Source: Torpedo marmorata (Eukaryota). From it: 64,000 nucleotides of DNA. Made by a program: the position numbers and the translations under genes. The stretch spans positions 103,788,001 through 103,852,000 of the forward strand of contig OZ360222.1 of NCBI GenBank assembly GCA_977017645.1, given 5' to 3'. Of the stretch, positions 37,637 to 49,977 are shown piece after piece; position 1 is the first letter of the stretch; every line of letters begins with the position of its first letter. The notes under the pieces are model-generated. The model did not search any database. It saw only the letters and a list, made by a program, of their open reading frames with translations, and was not told where the DNA came from.

Positions 37637-38640
37637 GCACCCAAATCTGCAAATGGATCCTTGACTTCCTGTCTAACAGACCATAATGAGTGAAAATGGT
37701 TAACAACATCTCCTTCATGATCACATTTAACACTGGGGCACCTCAAGGATGTGCCTTCTGTCCCCTACTATAAACCCTCTACACCCACAATGATACAGCT
37801 AAATACTATTCCAACTCCATCTTCAAACTCGTCAATGGCAACACAGAAGTGGGCTGGAAATCAAATAAAAACTAGACAGAGTGCAGGAAAGAGAGTGAAG
37901 ATCTAGTGGCATGGTGCCAAGATTATAGCCTTTCTCTCAACGTCAATAAGACAAAGGAGATGATCACTGACCAAGAGAAGGGGTAGAGTCCACACCCCTG
38001 TCCCTATTAATGGCATTGAATTCAGCAGAGTAGATTGTTTCAAGTTCTTAGAAATAAAGATCACCAATGATCTGATCTGGGACAAGCACATTGACACGAC
38101 AGTCAAGAGGGCGCAACAACACCCCTACTTTCTCAGAAGACTAAAGGTTCCCCCTTTTCTCTCAACAACTTCTACAAATTCACCATCAAAAGCATACATC
38201 ACAGCGTGGTTTGGGAGCTGCTCTGCTCAAGATCAGAAGCTACACAATGTAGCGAATGCAGGTCAGAACACAACACAAACATTCCTCCCCTCACTGGACT
38301 CCATCTACATCTTCCGTGCAAAGGAAATGTGAATGACCCATAACAGTGCAGCTACACTCTCTTCTCCCTCCTCCCATCGGGAAGAAGGCTTCAGAGTGTG
38401 ACGACATGCACCAACAGGCTGAAAGAGAGTTTCTTCCACGCGGCCATCAGGCTCCTGAATGAACCTTAACATTGCTATCATGCTGCCCTTGCTTGGTGCT
38501 AATTGATCTTTTTTTTTTGCAATCCTTTACTCTTACAATTGTGCTCTTTACATAGTTGTATGATAAGCTGTTAGTCTGCTCGCAGAAGAACCCTTCTCAA
38601 TGTACGAGGCATTTTGTGACAAATAAATAAACTTTAACTG
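37637..38640 (+). mobile_element. Degenerate Rex1/Babar LINE 3' part
   Basis: WILDFL, TGAPQGC, LNVNKTKEM, LPSGRR-like remnants. Confidence 0.8.
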
Positions 38641-38919
38641 AAATGGGTGATGTGAGGTACAGGAGGTCCTGCTCACCTCCTCTCCCACCTTCCTCAGCCA
38701 GCCATCTATATCATCCCATTTGACTCATCTTACCCTTGAACCTTCCCACCGCTTTCAACGTCTTACACTGTCACCCAACCACCTGCTACTTACTTCCTAG
38801 CACCAGGAATCCCTCACCTTCTTTCCCCTCCAGCTCTGCTCTTCCCTCTCAGCAACTTCATTCCAAACTCACTCCCCCAACATCACTCTACCTATCGAAA
38901 CAATATCCCCATCTGTATA

Positions 38920-39249
38920 CAGGGAGTCCCCGGGTTACGAACGTCCGACTTATGGACAACTCGTACTTACGAACAAATTGTGCCCCCAATTCGCGCATGT
39001 GCATAATGTTACCGCACGATGCAAGACATCGATGGAACCTGAGTAAGTGTTAACTTTTAATCATGATTTTTTTTCTATCTAAACTGTTTTAAGAACTGTT
39101 TCTTTAATGTTTTTTTGTTTTTTTTACAGTACTAAGACAAACATTTGACTGACGCTAAATAACCATATGTACCTGTTCCGACTTATCTACAAATTCGACT
39201 TAAAGACAGACGTAGGAACGGATCTCGTTCGTAACCTGGGGACTCCCTG
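38920..39249. mobile_element. Tigger-like MITE
   Basis: TIRs cagggagtccccgggttacgaac / gttcgtaacctggggactccctg; TA flanks. Confidence 0.88.
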
Positions 39250-40119
39250 TACTCAACTCCACCCTCACACTTATGTCCTCACCACACCCACCTTTGCTCT
39301 CCAGCCCTAAAAACAAAGTCCTTCCCCCTCCCTTCGGGGGAATGTTGTTGAGAAGCACTCCATCAGAACCAGGTTGGGCCAGGCTGATTGTGACAGCCTC
39401 ACTCGAGCACTCCTTACTACACACCTGCTCCCATCCCAAAAAGCATATCTGTGTTAATAAAATTAAGCAGAGCTAATAAAATTAATTTGACTGCATTGGA
39501 CTGGCGAGCCAAATCTTGGTCAAGGAGCATGTTTTGTGGAGAGTCTGAAACAAAAAGATGAGTGGTCTAGAAATGTAGAGCTAGTACTGTTGGATACTAT
39601 CCAATCTCGAAAATCTAGGATGCTGCTGATAGAATTGGAGGAATGCAGATATCACTCATCTAGATTAGGAGGAGAGACAGGGAGGCAAAAGATCACAGAG
39701 TAATTCACATGCTTGCAATTAAACGGAGTTTGATACGAATTACAAAGCACATAGGTAAGCTGAATAAGTGCAGTGGGTATAAGGCAAAAGGCTGGCCAGG
39801 ACACTTTTGTCTTGAATGTAAAGATACGAAAAGAATTGAAGCAGGAGCAAAATCAGGCACTGTTAACCAGGTGGAATCAGGCAATCTTGGTCTTGAAACG
39901 ACCAAGTGGTCAGATGCTCATCCCATGGTGAGGGTTTGACCTCAGACTGACAGGGTTAATATCAGGAGTAAGAATTTTTAGTGGAGACTGAAGACAACAA
40001 CTTTTGTTTTCAAAAAGCTGGATAAAAAATTCTGATCATCTGAAGCCTGACCATGGCCAAAACCACAAATCAACTAATCATTTAAATTTTATTGCATGGC
40101 CAGTTCTCGTTAAGATAAA

Positions 40120-41595
40120 ATCAGAAAATGCTGGAAGCACTCAGCAGATTAGGCAGCATTTATATAACAAGGAATAGTTAACATTTCAGGTCTAAGTTCC
40201 TTCATCAGAACTGTCAAAGAGAAAATTACACCTAGAGGGTGGGGACAGTTATTGGATAGGACATAGGGAATATCAGTGATAGAGTGACAGTAGGGTTGTC
40301 ATTGGCATAAATTCAAGACGTCATCTGGTCAACGCATTAACAGGGACAGTAAGAGAAAGAAAAATAAAAAACTGTAGGCAGTTATAGAAAAGAGAGAACA
40401 CAAACAAGAGCTGTGGAACATGCTCAGCAGGTCAGACTAGGCTGACAAAAAGAGAAAATCTGAGCCATTATCATAGATGGATGATCTACAGCAGAAATGA
40501 ACAGTCCTGATAGTCTGAGAAAGCGAGTTATCAGAGACTGTAGAATTCGATGGCAACAACAGATTTACTGTATAGCACCTGTAGATTTTTGATTATCAGT
40601 TCTGATGAAAGATCATCAATCCAAGATTTTACTATTGTTTCTCTCCTGTTATGGACCATGACTGACCATTTGGACTGCAGACGGTCAGCAGGAAGGATTA
40701 AGTCTTTTGGAGTATACACTGGGGCCAGGTACTGAAAGAGTTAACTTGCCCAGGACTTGGTGTACCCAGAGAGAGAGAGAGACCAGAGAGAGACAGGCTG
40801 TGGAAAAGATACTTTGTTGCACTTTTGCAAGGGCAGGTGCAGACCTCTGCAAAAAGCAGACAGTTGGGAGTTGCAAAGGCTAGAGAACACAGCCAAATCC
40901 AGGCTTGTGCATCCCAGAGAAAAGGCTGGAAGAATAGCACATGGCCTCCTGTCTCAGAGAAATCCTGAGTTAAAAGCAACTTCTGTGGAGAACAGGCGTG
41001 AGATCAGCGAGACCAGCTGTGAGATCCAAGCACACGCCTAAATCAGTGGTATACTGATCTGAATTCGCAATCCTTATGAAAACACAAGAAGGGAATGTCA
41101 TCAGAGAAGAAAAACAAGCCAAGTATTTGTAAGCATAAACAGTCATTGTCTCTCTCCAACGTTCATTCAGAAGTACTTCTACCAGCACACCGAGCTGAAT
41201 TTGAAACCTGAACTTAGAGAGTGGAATTTTGTGGACTGTATTATTCTTTTTTTGACTGACTTGCTTTTATGACTGACCTGGGGTTTTTTGGGGAAAGTTT
41301 TTCCATTTTTACATAAGGGTTGGGCACAGACTGTAATGGTCTGGGCTTTACACACACACCTTTTAGATAAGAATAGTGTTTATAGACATTTATAGTGGGG
41401 TTAATTATTGTGAAATTATATGTGTAATTGTCTTTAATATATATAAATTTCAATTTTACCCCTTTTGCATTGCGTCTTCTGTCGTTGCTGGTTTGATTTT
41501 GTAACACTCCACAGATGCTGCCTGTGCTTCTGAGTATTCTGAGTAACCTGTGTTTTTATTTCTGATTTATAGCATCAACAATTTTGTTTTGCTTT
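40120..41595. mobile_element. Old Penelope 3'-end remnants in both orientations, split by solo LTR 1
   Basis: aaatgctggaagcactcagcag... (minus strand); ttctgatgaaag... and acagatgctgcctg...ctgagt (plus strand). Confidence 0.55.
40647..41506 (+). mobile_element. Solo LTR copy 1
   Basis: TGTTA...TAACA termini, 4-bp TSD ctcc. Confidence 0.9.
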
Positions 41596-43239
41596 TAAAT
41601 ATTTAAGGTTTTATATTATCCAAGATTTTTGTGTGAGATGCTCTCATACAAGACGTGCAAAACAAAGTATTTGAAATGAGGATATAGTGAGGTGTGAACT
41701 GTCCATAAACTCAGCTCCAGCTACCATGATTGCATTTTAATGATAAAATCCAAAATAAAGGTGTTGGTTTTGCAACAATGGAATATGATATTTTTGCAGA
41801 AAACAACCTTTGATCATTTAAGACATAATCCTTATGGAATTAAGAACACACCATCCCATATTTAGTGTTCTGATACTTTTTGTTACATTGTCCAACAATT
41901 TAATGCACAATGTGATTTGGTATCAGGCCAAAAATTACACTTCATCCGTTTATATTTTAAGATTGTGCTTATCAACACAAGATTCTTAAAATTATTAAAC
42001 AGCATAATTTATATAAAACTTAATAACAAAATTTCTGAAACATAAAACATACTTATCATGGGAAAAAATAAAGTATACCTGAAGAAAATACACCCAAACC
42101 TCAAAACAACTGGTTATTTAAATTCTAATGTAAGGCTAGTACATTGAAATAAAGTCAGGAAATTATAGAAGCACTCAGCAGTTTTCATATTGGTTTCTGA
42201 ACTAATATTCTTTTTGAGAAAGGTGGACAAAGCAAATAGTTTAAGACTGTTGCCAGTGCAAGAACTGAAGCCAACTGATTTCTTCTGAATGTAGGTTTGT
42301 CCAAATAAAGCTTCATAATAATGGATACAGTTAATATACAAAGACAGGGGATAATAGTAGCTTCAAAGTTTGATCCACAATCGAAAGCATTCTTGCCTCA
42401 AGGAATGGATAAGATAAACTTTCCAGCTGGTCACCTTTTTAAAAAAAAATACTGATTGGATAAGCAAGGTACCAAGGAAAAGAAAGCCCATTTTATGTAT
42501 GATTTACTGATAAAGGACCATTCCAAAAGATGTTTGCATATTTCCAAAGCATTTCTGTGATCTGACCCTTCTGGATTGAGACATTACACATCAGAGGAAA
42601 AAGAGTGAATAAAAGATAATGCCTTGCAAATTATTGGACGCCTTGCCTTTGGCAAAAATTTCAAAAGTAGATCAACAGCTATTAATATTTTATTCTTATG
42701 CCATGTGGCAGAAATAGTTTTTTTTTCAAGAACTTAAATGGTTTGCTGATTTTATTGGTCATATTTCACAGGGAACTTTGCTACATGTTCCGCTAAGGCT
42801 GGAACTGTCAAATCTTATTCTTCAATTCCTCTCTCTCTCTCACATGTAGCTGTATACGTGAGCATTTCCTTCAGATCATATTTGGGAGACAGAGAAAGAG
42901 AACAAACTCTTTCAATCAATGGGCTTTTCGACAATGTGATCACAAAATAATTTTTCAGTGTCCTTTCACCAGTTCTTTCCTGCTCACTTGAGATGTTATA
43001 AAGACTAAATGTACTACATTTTAGAAGTTAGCAATTTACATTTTATGCTAGCCAAGGCACAAGAAAAAACATTTTACTAACTATAGGAAAAATGTAATGA
43101 CAAAAATGGTGGTTTAGATCTGTTGAATACAGACCTCTATTTATAAATAAAAATGGACAAGAATATTTATTTGTGTTGAAATTTGTTATTTCTTACCCCA
43201 CTCCTCATTAAAAGTTAAAACATGAAAATGACTTTATAT

Positions 43240-43263
43240 GTGTGTGTGTGTGTGTGTGTGTGT
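43240..43263. repeat. (GT)n microsatellite, target of solo LTR 2
   Basis: Read directly from the sequence. Confidence 0.9.
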
Positions 43264-44131
43264 TGTTATGGACCATGACTGACCATTTGGACTGTGGACA
43301 GTCAGCAGGAAGGATGAAGTCCTTTGGAGTACACACTGGGACCTGGTACTGAAAGAGTTAACTTGCCCAGGACTTCTTGTACTCACAGAGAGAGAGACAC
43401 CAGAGAGAGACAGACTGTGAAAAAGTTACTTTGTGGCACTTTTGCAAAAGCAGGTGCAAAACTCTGCAAAAAGCATTCAATTGTGTTTTTTTGGAGTTGC
43501 AAAGGCTGGAGAACACAGCAAAATCCAGGCTTGTGCATCCCAGGGGAAAAGGCTGGGAGAATAGCACATGGCCTCCTGTCTCAGCAAAATCCTGAGTTAA
43601 AACCACTTTTGTAAAGAACAGGCGTGAGATCAGCGAGACCTGCTGTGAGATCCAAGTACACGCCTCAATCAGTGGTATACTGATTTGGAGTCGCAATCCT
43701 TGTGAATCTACCAAAAGGGAAAGTCATCAGAAAAGAAAAGCAGGCCAAGTATTCGTAAGCTTAAAGAGTCATTGTCTCTCTCTCTCCAACGTTCATTAAG
43801 AAGTCCTTCTTGCCAGCACACAGAGCTGAATTTGGACCCTGAACATAGAGAGTGAATTTTTGTGGACTGTATTTTTGGGATTGTCTTATTTTTATGACTG
43901 ACCTGGGGGTTTTGGGGAAGGTTTTCCATTTTTACATGAGGGTTGGGCACAGACTGTAATGGTCTGGGCTTTACACACACACACTCCTTAGATAAGAATA
44001 GTGTTTATAGACGTTTACAGTTGGGTTGATTGTTGTGAAATTATATGTTTAATTGTCTTTAATAAATATAAATTTCAATTTTACCCCTTTTGCATTGCGT
44101 CTTCTGTCGTTGCTGGTTTGAATTTGTAACA
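43264..44131 (+). mobile_element. Solo LTR copy 2
   Basis: TGTTA...TAACA termini, TSD gtgt, AATAAA near the 3' end. Confidence 0.9.
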
Positions 44132-44839
44132 GTGTGTATATATACGGTATATACCGTATATAAATTTTTTTTTATTTTTTTTAAACTTTTCCCACTATTA
44201 CATGTGTGCATGCACCTGCAAAAGCTCCTTTACAGGAAGAATAAGATGGTTATGTTCGTCTGGAGTCTATGAAGACATGTCAAAATGAGGCGCAAGGTTT
44301 CTTGTAAAATAATGCAAAGTAGTAACTGATCTGCTGAATGTTTCCAGCACTTTATGCTTTTATTTCAAACTTCCAGCATCTGCAACTTCTTGCTTTTCCA
44401 AAATTTCCTCCAAATTATTCTTGAGCAATAATCTACTGCCACACTAACCTTTGGTTCAAGTTAAGATAAGTGTGTGCAGTCACAGTGGTTTTTTATATCC
44501 TGACTGTGTTTTAAAATCCAAACCTGGATAAGGTTTATTTAGGCTTGGATTTTAAAACTCAGTCAGGATACAACGAGCTAGTATGATTGCTCCTTTACAA
44601 TATTATCATCCTTTCTCGTTTACATTTTAACTTGTCAAAACTTCAGAATAAAAAATTATTCCACTTTGGAAAGTGAAACTTTAAAATATGTTGAATATGA
44701 CAGGCATTTATAAGCTGCACTTAAAAACTGGAATTATAAACTCGAGATATTTCTGTAGGACGTCTACATTTCATTGTAAATACAAATATATTGGTTTATG
44801 GAACTCAAGGCTTTAGGTTCTACCTGTAGTTTTACTTAC

Positions 44840-44896
44840 CAGAACAGTTTTAAACTCCAACAAAAAGCTGACCAGATCAGTGGATTGTTGCAGTCT
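44840..44896 (-). CDS. FANCL: FANCL coding exon 4 (RLQQSTDLVSFLLEFKTVL)
   Basis: 57 bp, polypyrimidine tract plus TAG acceptor, GTAAGT donor; matches R.Q.S.DL.SF..E.K..L. Confidence 0.95.
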
Positions 44897-45199
44897 CTAG
44901 TGGAGACAAAAAACAAAATTAGTCAAATGATTTCTCGTTAATTCCTAGTGTTGTTGCACATGAGGTTAAACCTTGAGTAGATTATGGGCTCAATTTTGGA
45001 ACAGAATCAATGCCCACACTTGGCGTTCTCTCAAATTTACCCAATCTACATCTGAAAGGCCAATCTGGCTGGCCCAAAACATCCTGGAATTATGAGACTA
45101 GGTTGTAAGCAGCAGCAGGTCCTCAACAGGCATAAAATGAACCAGAATAAGACCCACACTTTAATCTCCTCCGAAGACATTTGACAGCTAGTAAAAGCA

Positions 45200-45680
45200 G
45201 GTCGGGAGCACAGCCGACGTCGGCCTCCCGGCAGATCGGGAACATTACTGCGTCAGCCTCCCGGCAGATCAGGAGCTAGATCGGCTTTCCAAATCACAAC
45301 GGGGCCGGGGACGTCGGCCTCCCGGGTCGGCAGCAGCGGGGACGTCGGCCTCCCGGGTCGGCAGCAGCGGGGACGTCGGCCTCCCGGGTCGGCAGCAGCG
45401 GGGACGTCGGCCTCCCGGGTCGGCAGCAGCGGGGACGTCGGCCTCCCGGGTCGGCAGCAGCGGGGACGTCGGCCTCCCGGGTCGGCAGCAGCGGGGACGT
45501 CGGCCTCCCGGGTCGGCAGCAGCGGGGACGTCGGCCTCCCGGGTCGGCAGCAGCGGGGACGTCGGCCTCCCGGGTCGGCAGCAGCGGAAACGTCGGCCTC
45601 TATAATTCTATAATCCAAAATAATCCGAATTCCAAAAAGTGTCCGGTCCCAAGGTTTTCGGATAAAAGGTTAGGCACCTG
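45200..45680. mobile_element. Tigger4-like element end carrying a 31-bp minisatellite
   Basis: The end ccggtcccaagg..ttcggataa...cacctg-TA resembles a Tigger4-type terminus; the other end was not found. Confidence 0.6.
45311..45600. repeat. 31-bp CpG-rich minisatellite, about 9 near-perfect copies
   Basis: Unit acgtcggcctcccgggtcggcagcagcgggg. Confidence 0.95.
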
Positions 45681-46179
45681 TATTACGTGACAATAATGGA
45701 ACCTTTACCTTTAGAGAGGATAGATCATCCGAATCTTTTGCACATTACAGGAGTTTCAAAAACAAGAGGGCATGGGTTAAGGTGAGAGGAAGGAGTTAGG
45801 AAAGAGTTGTGAAGGGAATGTTAGGGGAAAGTTTTCGTATACAGAGAAGCGTTGATATCAGAAACTTGCTGCCAGAGATAGTGAAATCAGATACAATCAC
45901 TGCATTTAAAAGACATTTTTAAACAGACACGAACAGGCAAGGTATAGGATACGGATCTTATGCAAACAAATGGGATTAGCGTAAATGGGCAAAAATGCTG
46001 GCACAGAAGCAGTAGGCCGAAGGGCTCATTTCTGAATAATTCTATGGCTTGTTTTGTGCACTCTTGATTCTCTACACTAAACAGTCTCTAAATCTGATTT
46101 TTCCTCTGCAACAAGGTTGAAAGCATAACAACCAGAAGCCCATTGATGAAATTGTTACGAGCACTTTTAAATTAAATTT

Positions 46180-46420
46180 TTAAATTTAGACATACAGCAC
46201 GGTATGTCTAAAACGGTGCACAAACCCGTGCCGCACAATTATACCCAATTGAACTACAAACCCTGGTACGTTTTGAACGGTTGGAGGAAACCGGAGCACC
46301 CGGAGAAAAGCGACGGAGACATGGGGAGAACGTACAAACTCCTTACAGACAGTGCCGGATTCAAACCCTGGTCACTGGCGCTATTACAGCGTTGTGCTAA
46401 CAGCTCCGCTAACCGTGCCG
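46180..46420 (-). mobile_element. tRNA-derived SINE, same family as 31410
   Basis: Reverse complement of the 31410-31650 core and head. Confidence 0.82.
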
Positions 46421-46939
46421 CTTATAAAAATAACATGGTTGGAAGAGTTGGACAGGCACCAGTGGTGGATTGGTAAACCAGGGAGGGATAAACAATAATG
46501 GACACGTGAGGAGGTGGAGGCAGTTGATTTGGTAGGTGCTAGACAAATGGAGAGAGAGGAAAAAGGTTTTGGGCCTGACGAAGATGATAGACAAATAGAA
46601 ATTTCTACATTTTGTCAATATTTGTTGCTGTTACTACCTTAGAATCACAGACAAGTCAAGGAGGTGTTATTCCGACCTTTGAGGTCGTGCCAACTCTTTG
46701 CAAGAGAAGTCCAGAAGTCCCGCTCATACATCCTGTAGCAATAGCTCTTTATATTTTTCTTCCTTTCAAGGATTAATCCAACTTCTTTTTAAAAGCTGTG
46801 GTTGAACCTGTCAAGGGTCTAGCTCAGATGCTTAAAATCATGGCATATAAAAAATCCCCTTTTTAGGCTCTTTTGCAAGTCAACTTAAATCTGTTCCTCT
46901 GACACGCAACTCTTCCATCAATGGGATCAGTTTCTATAT

Positions 46940-47956
46940 GTTTGAGTCAGTGCATAATCGCAGGAAGGCTGAGTACAGGGTTAATGGTCGGTTATTTAGG
47001 AGTGTGGATGAACAGAGGGACCTTGGGGTCCAACTCCATACATCCTTCAAGGTCGCCACGCAGGTTGATAGGATAGTTAAGAAGGCCTATGGAATGTTGG
47101 GCTTCATTAATAGGGGAAGTAAAACACGAAAATCTGTGGACACCGTGGTTGAAGTAAAAAAACACAAATGCTGGAGAAACTCAGCAGGTCAAACAGTGTC
47201 TTTTATGTAGCAAAGGTAGAAATCCATAACCGACGTTTCGGGCTTGAAGGGCTCAAACGTCGGTTAATGGATTTCTACCTTTGCTACATAAAATACACTG
47301 TTTGACCTGCTGAGTTTCTCCAGCATTTGTGTTCATTAATAGGGGGATTGAGTTCAAGAGTCGAGAGGTCATGTTGCAACTCTATAAATCTCTGGTGAGA
47401 CCACACTTGGAGTATTGTGTTCAGTTCTGGTCACCTCATTATAGGAAGGATGTGGAAGCTATGGAGAGGGTATAGAGGAGATTTACCAGGATGTTGCCTG
47501 GATTGGAAATAAGTCTTATGAGGCAAGGTTAGCAGAGCTGGGACTTTTCTCTTTGGAGCATAGAAGGATGAGAGGAGACAGAGGTCTACAAGATTATGAG
47601 AGGCATAGATAGGGTGGACAGCCAGCTCCTATTTCCCTGGGCAGGACTAGCAAACACCAGAGAACATATGTACAAAGTGAAGGGAGGGAAGTTTAGGGGA
47701 GACATCAGGGGTAAGTTTTTTTTTTTTTTTTTTTTAAACAGAGAGTTGTGGGTGCCTGAAATGCCTTGCCAGGGATGGTGGTGGAGGCTGAAACATTAGG
47801 GGCATTTAAGAGACTCTTAAACAGGCACATGGATGGAAGAAAAATAGAGGGTTACGTTACAGTGTAGGGAGGGTTTAGTTTTTTTAAGGAATACATGGGT
47901 TGGCACAACATCGAGGGCTGAAGGGCCTGTACTGTGCTGTAGTGTTCTATGTTCTA
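46940..47956 (+). mobile_element. CR1 3' fragment containing a Penelope fold-back insert
   Basis: QRDLGV, LVRPHLEYCVQFWSP; tail gttctatgttcta. Confidence 0.88.
47117..47331. mobile_element. Palindromic Penelope 3'-end insertion
   Basis: About 77-bp inverted arms matching 16326-16402; 14-bp TSD ttcattaatagggg. Confidence 0.9.
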
Positions 47957-48210
47957 GGCACAATTAAATATGCAGGCACAGAAATATTCCAACTCACTCT
48001 GTCTTTGCTCAGTTAATGCTTATGTCCATTAAAATTTCTATTAAAGGCAATCTTCATAATATTAGTAAAGTGTTGACTTTTAGAAACAAATCTATTTTCT
48101 ATCTTGATTTAGTAAAGTAAATTAAAATTCAATAGATTTTTACTGTCTAGAGACAATTTATTTCAACCTCTAAATTTTTATTACACTGAAGCGATTATTT
48201 TGCACATTAC

Positions 48211-48271
48211 CTGTTTCACAATGTGCTGGTATCCATGCAAGAGTTGGTTTAACTGCCAGCTGCACTGAAGC
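48211..48271 (-). CDS. FANCL: FANCL coding exon 3 (LQCSWQLNQLLHGYQHIVKQ)
   Basis: 61 bp, phase 2 to 0, AG and GTAATG boundaries; CSWQL...GY..IV.Q motif. Confidence 0.95.
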
Positions 48272-49664
48272 CTTCAACAGATTAAAAACAAAAATAAAAC
48301 AATACACATTACGTAATATACAAGTCATAAATGGCATTGTTTGAAAGAAATACATCAGGTTGCAGGCTTCATCATTCAATAAAGAGTAATGATGGAGAAA
48401 ACCCAAGTACCATTGTGAACATGGCTCAGTCCATCACACCAACCCCACTCCCCTGTCTACTCCAACTACACTTCCCATCACCTTTGAAAACCAGCCAACG
48501 TATTAACAGACTCATCCCACCCCAGCCATATTCTCTTCAATCGCACCACCCTTCCATTCGAAAAGAAGATTCACCTGCGAGATCAAGATTATCCAGTTTC
48601 TTCTTACATCCCAAAGACGTGTGGGTCAGTTAGTTAATTGGCCACTGTAAATTTCCCCCAATGTATAGGAGAGAGGTAGAATTGTCGTGAGGGAGGGGGA
48701 GGGGAGGATTTCAGGGCAATGTGGGTGAATGAAAGGGTGGGTGATTGTGTAACTAGTTGCTTGGTCTGCAGCGGCTGAAAGGGCCAAAGGTCCTTTTCCA
48801 CGTGCGGGGACTGCATGATTATGGCGAAAATTTAATGAATTAAAATTTATCTTTTTAAGTGGGAATTTGGAGTGTTCTTTTCTATTATGTTACAATAAAC
48901 ACCAGAATTAACCATGTTTGAAAGTCCGACAAAGATTTAATGAAGCCTCTTTGGTAATCTTTGTAACCTAAATTAAAAACTACATAAATGTAACTTTACA
49001 GGCAATAAATTACCTTTATAGGTAATAAATTATGCCTATTGATGTTCCATTACGATAAGGTGACAGCTTTCTAATACAGTTTAGAATCTCCAAAATAACT
49101 AAAAACATTTTAAAGTAATGATTTAATCTGAATGACACTAAACATTTTAAGTTTTGTGAGACCTACATTCTCTATCATCTTTCTGACTTCTATCTTTTAG
49201 ATGTAGAAAGGCTTCAGCGTATCCTGAAGTGAGTTGCCTGATGCATTAGTTTATCTTTAAATGAGATTCTATTCAATTTGTCACAGCTGACACACACCCC
49301 ATGTTCACTCTAGTTCACCTAATCCACTGAAATTAGCATTTATCAAAAATTATAGAAAACTCCAGTCACTTTCCATACATGATGAGATTGTCACAATCAG
49401 AATCCAGAACAAACCCCAATGTTCAGTAGCAATAACTATATTTTAGGCATAATTCAAGTGATGTTCATTACCATCAAGGATACAAATTCATGGCCTACTG
49501 AACAGATTCGTACATAATATAAATCAACAGTTTACGGAATACTAATGAATTACATTTCTAGAGATACCTTTTAGATAGCAAACTAAATCAGCTTCTTATT
49601 CATGGTAATACTCAATAAAAGGTGAGGATCACCCTCCCTGACTTTCTGACCAATATTGTGCTTT

Positions 49665-49935
49665 TCAAGTCAAGTCAAGTTTATTGTCATCTGATTGTAT
49701 AAGTACAACCCGAAGAAACAGCATTCTCCGGTCCTCGGTGCAAAAACATGCAGACATACAACCAGACATAACACACATACAGACAAATAATACATATGCA
49801 GGACAAATATTATATCTATTGTTATGGACCATGACTGACCATTTGGACTGCAGACGGTCAGCAGGAAGGATGAAGTCTTTTGGAGTACACACTGGGACCA
49901 GGTACTGAAAGAGTTAACTTGCCCAGGATGGGGTG

Positions 49936-49977
<42 letters not shown>

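Noticed and set aside
36608-37746. Long ORFs of 257-361 aa
   Set aside because: Artefacts of translating through the N gap.
42350-43000. Possible conserved non-coding element in repeat-free intron
   Set aside because: Cannot be supported without cross-species alignment.
40647-44131. LTR1 and LTR2 as the two ends of one provirus
   Set aside because: Each has its own TSD, and there is no PBS, PPT or coding remnant between them.
45253-45618. Repeat ORF and CRISPR-like periodicity
   Set aside because: Head-to-tail 31-bp units with no unique spacers; eukaryotic context with no cas genes.
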